This document shows, piece by piece, positions 16,490 through 25,761 of a stretch of DNA of 43,255 nucleotides. Origin of the DNA: an uncultured Ignavibacteriota bacterium (GTDB lineage Bacteria > Bacteroidota > Ignavibacteria > Tepidaquicellales > Tepidaquicellaceae). The notes beneath the pieces are model-generated. The model saw only the letters and a list, made by a program, of their open reading frames with translations, was not told the DNA's origin and made no database searches. The first letter of the stretch is position 1; each line of letters opens with the position of its first letter. Location of the stretch: NCBI GenBank assembly GCA_903901375.1, contig CAIUQV010000470.1, positions 1-43,255 of the forward strand. The letters run 5' to 3'. A program made the position numbers and the translations under genes.

Positions 16490-18229
16490 TTAGTTATTTG
16501 TAATCTTTCCGTTTATTAATTCAGAACCGATACGCTTTAATAAATACATATCGTTTATTGCTTCAAGTAATCCTCTTGAATCTACTGATACTGTCGTCGG
16601 AACTTCGTCCGTGTATATAAATTCTCCGGGCATGCTCTCTATGTTACCATCAAACACCAGACCAACTATCTCTGCATTCTTATTAATCATCGGACTTCCT
16701 GAATTACCGCCAATAATATCATTCGTCGATATAAAGTTGAACGGTGTTCCGAAATCAAACTCAGGTGGTGGCTTTAACCATCTTTCTGCCAATGACCATG
16801 GATCTTTTTTATCAAATGAGAAATACCTGTCCAGAAAACCGTAAAAAGTCGTATGAGCAGGTGCTGTTGTACCGTTATAATTATATTGCTTTATAACACC
16901 GTCTGAAATTCTTAGCGTAAATGTTGCATCAGGTGGAATGGATGTGCCATAAACATCATAAATTGCACGTCCTAAAATCTGATTGTAATATTCTTCTTTT
17001 GCACCAAGTTCCTGCAGTTTCCTGTACAATGTCCTGAAATCGCCGCTCTTATTCTTTTCGTAAATTTCACGCTTTTGTTTCACTAAATCTGAAATATCAT
17101 TCCATACATTCCCATATTTAGCTTTTAATTTTGAATTCCCATCTACTGCTGCACGGAATTTCTTTTCAAAGTCTTTCTTTCGTGCCATTAAAACACCGTC
17201 ATTTAATCCTTTCAATGTTCCGACAAATACCTTCTGGCTGTTTGTATATTCAAATAAAGTATTATTGAGCTCTTTTTCTTTATCTGGGTTTGCTGCTATT
17301 ACTCTGCGTAAACTGTCAACAAAGTTGTTAATATAATTCAGAATTAAAGGATCACTTATATCTCTTTTGAATTCAAGTTGTGATACAGTCAAAAGTCTTG
17401 AAGTCGAACCTGGATTTCCAACCACAAAAATAGGTTCTCCTGGTTCCGCACCTGCATTGCTCCATTTAAAATAGTTCGTAACCTTAAGAGGTGCACCGTT
17501 TTCATCGTAAACTCTGAAAAATGTGCAGTCCAGATTATACCTTGGATATGTGAAGTTATCCGGATCTCCTCCAAAGAATCCTGCCTGATCTTCTGGAGCG
17601 AACACTAATCTTACATCTGTGTATTTTCTGTAAATATAAGCTGAATATACTCCACCGTTGTATAAAGTCACTACCTGACAGATAATATTCTTTCCTTCTT
17701 TATACCTGTTTTCTATTTCTTTAATCTTGTTGTATTTGAAATCATCTTTCTCTTCTATGTCTTTTCCTTTGTCAATTGCTGCCTGAATTTCTTTTGTAAC
17801 ATCCACAATTTTTGTAAGCTGTTCTACGAATAATCCCGGAACAGGTCTCTCATCTTCTATCTTCATAGCAACAAAACCGTCTTTGTGTAAATCTTCATCC
17901 TTTTTCTGCACCTGTGATACTGATTCACGACCGCAATGGTGATTTGTCATAACAAGTCCGTCTTCCGAAACAAAAGAAGCAGAACAGTAATCTGCAAAAC
18001 GAAGTGCAGACATTCTGACGTTATCAAGCCACTCCTGTGTTGGTCTGAAACCGTATGCTGACTGGAAATAATCAAGCGGTGGGAAATCGAATGTCCACAT
18101 TTTTCCGTTATCAAATTTCTGGGCTTTAACGGTATCAAGGTTTACTCCTAAAGTACCCTGTGAGTAGACATAAACAGGCGTTAAAATAACAAATAATACG
18201 AGTATTAATTTCTTGAAATTGTTTTTCAT
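16490..18229 (-). CDS. Peptidase S46 family paralogue, short form (~110-aa deletion in the helical domain)
   Basis: 579 aa. It shares the MTNHHCG, GGDPDNFTYPRYNLDCTFFRVYDE and GGNSGSP blocks with the upstream paralogue. It lacks the segment between ..WNDISDLVKQKREIY and NQILGRAIYDVYG. Confidence 0.85.
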   Translation of the reverse strand: MKNNFKKLILVLFVILTPVYVYSQGTLGVNLDTVKAQKFDNGKMWTFDFPPLDYFQSAYGFRPTQEWLDNVRMSALRFADYCSASFVSEDGLVMTNHHCGRESVSQVQKKDEDLHKDGFVAMKIEDERPVPGLFVEQLTKIVDVTKEIQAAIDKGKDIEEKDDFKYNKIKEIENRYKEGKNIICQVVTLYNGGVYSAYIYRKYTDVRLVFAPEDQAGFFGGDPDNFTYPRYNLDCTFFRVYDENGAPLKVTNYFKWSNAGAEPGEPIFVVGNPGSTSRLLTVSQLEFKRDISDPLILNYINNFVDSLRRVIAANPDKEKELNNTLFEYTNSQKVFVGTLKGLNDGVLMARKKDFEKKFRAAVDGNSKLKAKYGNVWNDISDLVKQKREIYEKNKSGDFRTLYRKLQELGAKEEYYNQILGRAIYDVYGTSIPPDATFTLRISDGVIKQYNYNGTTAPAHTTFYGFLDRYFSFDKKDPWSLAERWLKPPPEFDFGTPFNFISTNDIIGGNSGSPMINKNAEIVGLVFDGNIESMPGEFIYTDEVPTTVSVDSRGLLEAINDMYLLKRIGSELINGKITNN

Positions 18230-18292
18230 AGATTTAATTAAGTTTTGCGTAATAGTGTATAAAGATTGCTATTCTATGCAACTTTTTCAATC

Positions 18293-18322
18293 TAAAAAGA
18301 AACGGAGCAAATGCTCCGTTTC
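18293..18322 (-). terminator. Rho-independent terminator after ftsZ (end of the dcw operon)
   Basis: The minus strand reads GAAACGGAGC-ATTT-GCTCCGTTTC followed by TTTTT. Confidence 0.7.
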
Positions 18323-18397
18323 CTTTTGCTGCTGTTTTATCGGCAGATAAAAACATCAGCTTTGTCCAATATATTCAAAAACGATTTACTCTTTATC

Positions 18398-19636
18398 TTA
18401 ATCTAATGACCTTCTTAAAAAAGCTGGTGGATCCACATCTTTTAGGTCGCTTTCACCAAAAAACCTGTTCTTAGCCTTCTTAAAATTGTAAGTTTCCTTC
18501 TCGCTTAAATCATCATTTAGTTTATCACTGCTGTTGTATTTTCTTCTTAATACTGCAGGTTGGTCAAGCTCACTGATATTTTCAGGAATCTTATCCAGAT
18601 GTCCCTCTTTAATGGTATCTATACCAATAACATTTCCGTATACTGTCTCTTCTTTATTCTCAATCTTTGCAGCTTCTTCTTTCTTGAAACCTGTCGCAAT
18701 AACAGTTACCATTACTTCATCATCCATATCCTTGTCATCCATTAAACCGAAAATATAATTCGCTTTCTCTCCCACTGCTTCCTGCACCTGTCCGTTAATT
18801 ATATCAATTTCATCAAATCCTATATTACCGTCAGAAGCAATATTTACAAGTACATTCTTGGCTCCTGATACATTGATATTTTCCAGTATCGGATTGGAAA
18901 GTGCTTCGCATACAGCTTTCATTGCTCTTCCTTCACCGTTTGCAATTCCTGTTCCGATAATTGCATCTCCTGTATTCTTCATAGTTGTTTTTACGTCTGC
19001 AAAGTCTACGTTTATTTCACCTGTCTTTGTGATAATCTGTGAAATACCTTTTGTTGCATTGTAAAGTACTATGTTAGCAAGTGCAAGTGCCTGATTTTTT
19101 GTTGCACGTTCCGGAATCAGCTCTCTGATTCTTTCATTAGGGATAACAATTAAGCTGTCAACTTCCTTCTTGAGTTTTTCTATTCCGTCTAAAGCTGAAC
19201 TCATTCTTGGCTTTCCTTCGAATATGAATGGCTTTGTTACGATAGATACAACAAGTATGTCCAGACTTCTCGCAATCTTTGCAACAAGTGGTGAGGCTCC
19301 GGTACCCGTTCCGCCGCCCATACCTGCTGTAATGAATACCATATCACTTCCTGCTAATGCACGTGATATTTCATCCCTGCTTTCTTCAGCAGCTTTGTCA
19401 CCCAATGCAGTGTTTGCACCGGTTCCTAATCCCTTGGTAATGTTTTTACCAATCTGGATTTTAATGTCGGCCTTACTGATTTCAAGTGACTGCAAATCAG
19501 TATTGATGGCTATGAATTCTACGCCTTCAATTCCCTTGTCGACCATAGAATTAAGTATATTTCCACCGCCTCCGCCTACACCAACTACCTTGATCTTTGC
19601 TCCGCTCGTTTCGTTCGGTAATAATTGAATGCTCAT
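18398..19636 (-). CDS. ftsZ: Cell division GTPase FtsZ
   Basis: 412 aa with the tubulin signature GGGTGTG and a C-terminal conserved peptide (PPAFLRR). Confidence 0.97.
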   Translation of the reverse strand: MSIQLLPNETSGAKIKVVGVGGGGGNILNSMVDKGIEGVEFIAINTDLQSLEISKADIKIQIGKNITKGLGTGANTALGDKAAEESRDEISRALAGSDMVFITAGMGGGTGTGASPLVAKIARSLDILVVSIVTKPFIFEGKPRMSSALDGIEKLKKEVDSLIVIPNERIRELIPERATKNQALALANIVLYNATKGISQIITKTGEINVDFADVKTTMKNTGDAIIGTGIANGEGRAMKAVCEALSNPILENINVSGAKNVLVNIASDGNIGFDEIDIINGQVQEAVGEKANYIFGLMDDKDMDDEVMVTVIATGFKKEEAAKIENKEETVYGNVIGIDTIKEGHLDKIPENISELDQPAVLRRKYNSSDKLNDDLSEKETYNFKKAKNRFFGESDLKDVDPPAFLRRSLD

Positions 19637-19693
19637 TTGTTTACCCTTTCAAATTAATTTATAATTATAATTTTTATTAAATATATTTTTGTA

Positions 19694-20980
19694 TTAAAGT
19701 TCATCAAACCAGGTTTTTACTTTTAACAATAAACTTTTAATTGAAACATCAGACTTTGCAGATGCTTTTTTGCCTTTTGTTCCCATTGGGATTCGCTCTT
19801 TCATGTTTATCGTTTTTGCTCTGTGTAGTATTAGTCCTACTCCTGTTGCATAAATCGGACTCTCAACTTCCTTGGACAATCCGCCCGATAGACCACGTGG
19901 CAATCCAAGGTTGACTTCCATCCCCAGTATCTCTTCGGCAAGTTCTTTTGTCCCTTTTATTAGTGAACCGCCGCCTGTAACTACTACTCCTGCAGGAAGT
20001 TCATTCATTATCTGCGAATTCTTTAACTCAATTGCTGCAAGTTCGAAAATGTCCTGCATTCTTGCCTGAATTATCCTTGCAAGTATACTCTTCCTTGTTC
20101 TCTTTGGTATTTTTCTGCTTATTGATTCTATAAGTATTTCATCATCATTCAATATTTCAGATTGCGTAGCAAATCCGTATTCCCTCTTTATTCTTTCTGC
20201 TTCTTCCTCAGATATGCCGAGTGTTTCATATATATCTTTTGTAACAAGACTACCTGCAATTCCTATACCTGCAGTATATTTCAGTACCCCCTTTTTGAAC
20301 ACCGCTATATCTGTAGTTCCTCCTCCTATATCAATCATCGCAACGCCTACTTTCTTTTCACCTTCTTCAAGAACTGCATACGAAGATGCTATTGGCTCTA
20401 AAACAATGTCGTCTATTTCAACTCCGCAGCTTCTTACGCAATTCGATAAATCATCAATTGAAGATACTAGACAGGTTATAATGTTCATTTTTGCTTCTAA
20501 CCTTACACCAAACATACCGACAGGTGATTCGTAGATTCCGTCTTTGCCGTCTATGTTGTATTCCTGCGGAATAACTGAGATAATCTGAGTATCCGATGGT
20601 ATTTTTATTAAACTTGCCTGTTCTCTTAGTCTTTCAATATCTTCTTCCTGAATTACCCTGTCAGGGTTCTGAATTCCTATTATCGTTGAAGTCTGAATAC
20701 ATCTTATGTGATGTCCTGCAATACCCACGGAAACTGATTTAATCTGTATTCCCGAATTTAATTCTGCCTGATCAAGTGCTACTTTAATTGAATCTATTGT
20801 CTTTTGAGGATTAACGACTATACCCCTGTTTAATCCTTCAGAGGCGGCTTTCCCAACACCAATAATATCTATCTGACCATTTGCCTTCTTATGAGCAACA
20901 ATCACACATATCTTGGTAGTCCCTACATCCAGACCTACAATAATCTCATCTTCAATACCTTTGCTTTTTTTACTTTTCAT
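19694..20980 (-). CDS. ftsA: Cell division protein FtsA
   Basis: 428-aa actin-like ATPase (DVGTTKICVIV, DIGGGTTD) located between ftsQ and ftsZ. Confidence 0.95.
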   Translation of the reverse strand: MKSKKSKGIEDEIIVGLDVGTTKICVIVAHKKANGQIDIIGVGKAASEGLNRGIVVNPQKTIDSIKVALDQAELNSGIQIKSVSVGIAGHHIRCIQTSTIIGIQNPDRVIQEEDIERLREQASLIKIPSDTQIISVIPQEYNIDGKDGIYESPVGMFGVRLEAKMNIITCLVSSIDDLSNCVRSCGVEIDDIVLEPIASSYAVLEEGEKKVGVAMIDIGGGTTDIAVFKKGVLKYTAGIGIAGSLVTKDIYETLGISEEEAERIKREYGFATQSEILNDDEILIESISRKIPKRTRKSILARIIQARMQDIFELAAIELKNSQIMNELPAGVVVTGGGSLIKGTKELAEEILGMEVNLGLPRGLSGGLSKEVESPIYATGVGLILHRAKTINMKERIPMGTKGKKASAKSDVSIKSLLLKVKTWFDEL

Positions 20981-20986
20981 GATATA

Positions 20987-21727
20987 TTAATTAAATTTTG
21001 CAATAATTTGATTTGAATAACGTAAATCTACATACTGGCATTCTGTATTCTTCTTTATTATCTCTTCTTCCATAAACTTTTTGTAAAGCCCTAATTTCTG
21101 TTTGTATATCGGTACTGCATCCTTTTCGACTCTTGGAAAATAAAACGATACCGATTTTTCATTTGACTTAACTATCACTTTATTTGAATCTTTCATATTG
21201 ATCTCAGAAATCATGTTTTGCAGATATCTTCCCTTCGAATATGCGGCTTTTATTAAATTTATTGCCATATTAATATCATTCTTGTACTGTACTGTGCTTT
21301 CAGTCTTAAGTCCGCTTATAACAGGAAGGTCGAATGCTTTCTCATAGTTCTTAAATGAAAACACTTCCTGCTCCTCGTCAATTAAGTTCAGTTCATTATT
21401 CTTAATTATCACCGCTAAAGGCTTCTTTTCGGTTATATCAATTATTAATTCAGAAGGTGGTTCTTTGCTTACTACTACTTTTTTTATTTCGGGATGTTTT
21501 GCAACCCTGTCACGTATGAAAGTAAGGTTAAGTTCTTCTAAGTTAATAACTGAATCTGCTTTGATACCCGCTGCTTTAAGAACTTCCTCTTCACTTAATG
21601 TTAAATTACCTTTTATTGTGATTTTATTTATGTACGTTTTGTTCCTCCAGTTATTCGCAAAAAATATGAACAAGAAAACTACTACACCTGAAAGACTTAA
21701 GAATAATATTAATTTCTTCTTACTCAT
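20987..21727 (-). CDS. ftsQ: Cell division protein FtsQ (POTRA-containing)
   Basis: 246-aa bitopic protein with an N-terminal TM segment. Its position between murC and ftsA, with a 4-nt overlap with murC, supports the call. Confidence 0.8.
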   Translation of the reverse strand: MSKKKLILFLSLSGVVVFLFIFFANNWRNKTYINKITIKGNLTLSEEEVLKAAGIKADSVINLEELNLTFIRDRVAKHPEIKKVVVSKEPPSELIIDITEKKPLAVIIKNNELNLIDEEQEVFSFKNYEKAFDLPVISGLKTESTVQYKNDINMAINLIKAAYSKGRYLQNMISEINMKDSNKVIVKSNEKSVSFYFPRVEKDAVPIYKQKLGLYKKFMEEEIIKKNTECQYVDLRYSNQIIAKFN

Positions 21728-23094
21728 TTTACTTTAATTCCTTTTATAAATTTATCACACATATTTGTTACATCACCTGCGCCTTGAAATACAATTCTGT
21801 CCCCTCTTTTAATAGATTTCATCAAATCTGCATATAGCTCATTTTCACTTCCAACCAGAAACTTTTCTTTCTTAATTAAATTGTATATTAATTTTGAGCT
21901 TACTCCTTTCATCACCTTTTCTCTTGCTGCATAAACTGGAAGTAAGTATACTTTATCTGCCGCACTTAAAGACTTTGCAAATTCCTTATAAAACTGTTTT
22001 GTCCGCGAATATGTATGCGGTTGGAATACAACAATCAACCTGTTCTTGTTTACATTTTTTAAAGATTTAAGTGATGAAAGAACTTCTGATGGATGATGTC
22101 CGTAATCGTCATAAACTTTCAGTTTTACTGTATCATATTTAAGTTCAAGACGTCTCTTTACTCCCTTAAATGCTTTTAAGCTTTTTAATATACTTTCTGA
22201 CTTGGCAGAAAATATTGTAGCACAAATTGCCGCTGAAGCATTGTAAACATTGTGATATCCCGGAATGCTTAGTTCAACTTTGAATTCATTAAGTTTGAAT
22301 ACAATCTTTGTAGCTGACATTTTCACCTTAGAAATTCTATTCGTTCCTTTAATACCAAAATCTATTACTACTTCATCAATCGGGTCAACAAGTTCTTTTA
22401 CGTTCTTGTCATCATAGTTTGCAACTACAGTACCTTCATCTTTAAGATTGTTCAGAAAAGCTCTGAACGCACCTTTCAAAGATTTCTCACTCTTATATAT
22501 ATCTATATGGTCAAGTTCAATGTTGTTTACTACTATAATATCAGGTCTTAGAGTAAGAAAACTTCTGTCATATTCATCAGCTTCAACTACTGCCCATTTA
22601 CCTTTACCAATTCTGTAAGATGCACCCCCTAGTATATCAAGATTACCACCGACAAAAACTGTCGGATCGATTCCGCTTTTTATTAAAATACTTGCAATCA
22701 TAGAAGTAGTGCTCGTTTTACCGTGTGTACCTGAAACGGCTATCAATTTAAGACCATTCACTAATTCACCAAGCAATACTGCTCTTTTTATCGTATTAAT
22801 TTTCAGTGAATGTGCTTTCTTGTATTCAGGATTATCCTTTTTCACTGCCGATGTATAGACAACTAGATTAACACCTTTATTTACATGGCTCGCTGAATGA
22901 CCGTATTTAATTACAGCGCCTTTCTTCTCCAGACGTTCAGTTATAAATGTCCTTGTTGTATCACTCCCTGAAACTCTGTATCCTTTTATCAATAGATACT
23001 CTGCAAGTCCGCACATACCTATCCCGCCTATACCTATAAAATGTATACTTTTGACTTTCTTATTCAGATACAATATTTCTTTATTCTTGGTCAT
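21724..23094 (-). CDS. murC: UDP-N-acetylmuramate--L-alanine ligase
   Basis: 456 aa with HFIGIGGIGMCGLA and GTHGKTSTTSM (Mur ligase P-loop). Confidence 0.95.
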   Translation of the reverse strand: MTKNKEILYLNKKVKSIHFIGIGGIGMCGLAEYLLIKGYRVSGSDTTRTFITERLEKKGAVIKYGHSASHVNKGVNLVVYTSAVKKDNPEYKKAHSLKINTIKRAVLLGELVNGLKLIAVSGTHGKTSTTSMIASILIKSGIDPTVFVGGNLDILGGASYRIGKGKWAVVEADEYDRSFLTLRPDIIVVNNIELDHIDIYKSEKSLKGAFRAFLNNLKDEGTVVANYDDKNVKELVDPIDEVVIDFGIKGTNRISKVKMSATKIVFKLNEFKVELSIPGYHNVYNASAAICATIFSAKSESILKSLKAFKGVKRRLELKYDTVKLKVYDDYGHHPSEVLSSLKSLKNVNKNRLIVVFQPHTYSRTKQFYKEFAKSLSAADKVYLLPVYAAREKVMKGVSSKLIYNLIKKEKFLVGSENELYADLMKSIKRGDRIVFQGAGDVTNMCDKFIKGIKVK

Positions 23095-23549
23095 TGCTTG
23101 GATATCTTTTGAAATTCAGCTAATAATTTTCTTTCATCGTAAAACTCACTAAGCCTTATTCTTAAAACCTTCTTTCTGTCTTTAAGCTTTATCGCTACCC
23201 TCCTCACACTGCTTTTCACTTCGGTGCGTCTTTTTCTTTCTTTTGAATACCTGATACTTATTATTTCATTAAAAGTAATTTCTCTTTTACCAAATCTGTT
23301 TTTTATAATAAATCTGTCTGTATGAAATTCTATTTCTTTTCCTCTGATTGCGTTAACAATTAAAACTAACAATGTGTACAATATGAATAAACCTGTTATG
23401 TATATTATCGGATCATGAAAAACGATTGTAAACTCGTTCCTGCCGAATGTTCCCCTCATTATTACATAAAGGGCAAAAAACACAAAATAGATTACTATTA
23501 GTTTATAATAGAAATCAAGCCGCGCTTTGTATATTCTGTTCTGCTCCAT
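23091..23549 (-). CDS. Small membrane protein, two N-terminal TM helices plus a basic beta-rich C-terminal domain (possible bacterial PH-like fold)
   Basis: 152 aa. Its ATG overlaps the murG stop (TAATG) and its stop overlaps the murC start (ATGA), so it is translationally embedded in the dcw operon. The topology resembles YdbS-type bPH proteins; this rests on pattern recognition only. Confidence 0.6.
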   Translation of the reverse strand: MEQNRIYKARLDFYYKLIVIYFVFFALYVIMRGTFGRNEFTIVFHDPIIYITGLFILYTLLVLIVNAIRGKEIEFHTDRFIIKNRFGKREITFNEIISIRYSKERKRRTEVKSSVRRVAIKLKDRKKVLRIRLSEFYDERKLLAEFQKISKQ

Positions 23550-24634
23550 TAGTTAATAATATTTTTAATTTCATTATAAATTTTCAAAGGAGCATCTTTG
23601 TCGTATATCTTTGAAATATTCTCACTTAGCTTATTTAATATGGAATCTGATTGTATTGTTTCATTCACATTATTTATAAAACTATTTGTTAAGTTGTCTT
23701 GATTTATAATTCTTGCAGCATCTCTTTTGAGAAGTGATATTGCATTTTTCTCCTGATGATTCTCTGCAGCCGTTGGTAGTGGTACAAGAATTACAGGCTT
23801 ACTGAACATACTCAATTCCATTATACTGCTGATTCCTGCACGGCATACAACTAAATCCGAAGCCGAATATGCATAGTCCATTTCCTTTATGAATTCCAGA
23901 ATCTTTATATTCTTATGTAATCCGCTAAACATATCAGAATATTCGTTGTATCCTGATTTGCCTGTTTGCCAGATAATGTTTATGTTGTTATTCGCTAATT
24001 GATTTATTGATTCTTTCAGGCATTCATTTATCGCCTTTGCTCCCTGACTTCCGCCGAAAACAAATAATGTTTTTAAATTATGGTCTAGCCCGAAGAACCT
24101 GCAAGCCTCTTCTTTACTGTATGCTTTTAACTTGTTCCTTACAGGATAAGAAATTTCAACAACATTATCTTTTCGTTTCAGAAACTTCTCCGTTTCCCTG
24201 AAATTCACTACCACCCTGCTGACTTTACCGGATAAATACTTCGTAACCTTACCAGGGAAAGAATTTCCTTCCTGTATAAGTGTCGGAATACCCTTTTTTA
24301 CCGCAGATGACACCACAGGACCCGACACGTAACCGCCGGTTCCAACTACTACATCTGGTTTAAACTCATTTATTATTTTCTTGCACTTTCTCAGTGATGT
24401 CAGATAGTTTTTAACAAAAGTAATGTTTTTAAAAATATTCTTTCTGTTAAATCCGGATACTTCAATAAGTTTAATTTCATAATTATTCTCAGGTACAACC
24501 TTCTCTTCCATTCTTCCTTTTGCACCAACGAAAAGTATATCACTCGTACTTTCTCTTTTCATAATTTCGTCAGCAATTGCAATTGCAGGAAATATGTGTC
24601 CGCCTGTTCCTCCGCCTGTCATTATCACTCTCAT
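23549..24634 (-). CDS. murG: Undecaprenyldiphospho-muramoylpentapeptide beta-N-acetylglucosaminyltransferase
   Basis: 361 aa with an N-terminal GGGTGGHIFPA motif, in dcw context. Confidence 0.95.
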   Translation of the reverse strand: MRVIMTGGGTGGHIFPAIAIADEIMKRESTSDILFVGAKGRMEEKVVPENNYEIKLIEVSGFNRKNIFKNITFVKNYLTSLRKCKKIINEFKPDVVVGTGGYVSGPVVSSAVKKGIPTLIQEGNSFPGKVTKYLSGKVSRVVVNFRETEKFLKRKDNVVEISYPVRNKLKAYSKEEACRFFGLDHNLKTLFVFGGSQGAKAINECLKESINQLANNNINIIWQTGKSGYNEYSDMFSGLHKNIKILEFIKEMDYAYSASDLVVCRAGISSIMELSMFSKPVILVPLPTAAENHQEKNAISLLKRDAARIINQDNLTNSFINNVNETIQSDSILNKLSENISKIYDKDAPLKIYNEIKNIIN

Positions 24635-25761
24635 ACATTTACCCCCATAATAACAGATTGATTCGAGTCAGTATTTATTCTATTCGATGATATATTTATC
24701 AGTATTCCCGCAGCTGCTGAATTAAAAAGCATTGCTGTTCCGCCAAAACTTACAAAAGGAATTGGTACTCCGGTAGTAGGAAAAATTCCGCTCGCAACTG
24801 ACATATTAACAATCGCATATGAAACAATGATCGTTGTTATTCCAAACGCTAGATATTTCCCGAAAGGATCATCAACTGTCTTTACAACCTTGTAACCTCT
24901 AACGAGTATCAGTGCAAACATTGCTACAACAAACGCTGTCCCTATAAACCCGTATTCTTCCCCAAGAATAGAAAAAATGAAATCTCCGTACGACTCGGGA
25001 AGGAAAAATTCTTTCTGTACTGAATTACCACTTCCAACTCCAAAAATTCCACCGTTACCCAATCCTATAATTGCCTGAGTTAACTGATGCTGTGCTGTTC
25101 CGGTTGAACTGTACTCTGCAAAGTTTTCAAGTCTGGCTCTTATATATGACTTTGACAATATAAACAGCACTGCTACAGGAGCTAATGAAAGAATTGTAAC
25201 TATTATGTGCTTTATCTTAACTTTGGATGTAAGGAGTAATAATATTGAAGTACAAAATATAATTGTTGCTGTTGAAAAATTAGGCTGTAAAGCTACTAAT
25301 CCGCATACAGCTAATATATACAGCAAAATAGGAAGATATCCTTTGTAAAGATTATCAACATATCCTTCTTTTCTTACTAATAATGCTGACACGTAAATTA
25401 TTAATGCGTACTTTGCAAGATCCGATGGTTGAAAACTAAGCGGACCAAACATTATCCACCTGTTAACATTCTTTACAGCTGATGAAGTAAAAAGTACTAT
25501 AAATAAAAGTGCAATCGTTCCGAATATAACGAACTTGCTAAACTTTTCGACATATCTGTAATCAATCTTTATAAATATAAATAATACTACTAACGATAAA
25601 ATGACTTTGAATATATGCGACTTCAGCAAATAACTTGCATCATTCCATCTGCTTAATGAATAATCCGAACTCGCACTATAGACGACTGCAATGCTGAAGA
25701 ATATCAGCAATAATACCGGAATTAGTATAAATATGTCTATTTTATGAGTTCCTTGTTTCAT
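24631..25761 (-). CDS. ftsW: SEDS-family lipid II polymerase/flippase FtsW
   Basis: 376-aa polytopic FtsW/RodA/SpoVE family protein located between murD and murG. Confidence 0.92.
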   Translation of the reverse strand: MKQGTHKIDIFILIPVLLLIFFSIAVVYSASSDYSLSRWNDASYLLKSHIFKVILSLVVLFIFIKIDYRYVEKFSKFVIFGTIALLFIVLFTSSAVKNVNRWIMFGPLSFQPSDLAKYALIIYVSALLVRKEGYVDNLYKGYLPILLYILAVCGLVALQPNFSTATIIFCTSILLLLTSKVKIKHIIVTILSLAPVAVLFILSKSYIRARLENFAEYSSTGTAQHQLTQAIIGLGNGGIFGVGSGNSVQKEFFLPESYGDFIFSILGEEYGFIGTAFVVAMFALILVRGYKVVKTVDDPFGKYLAFGITTIIVSYAIVNMSVASGIFPTTGVPIPFVSFGGTAMLFNSAAAGILINISSNRINTDSNQSVIMGVNV

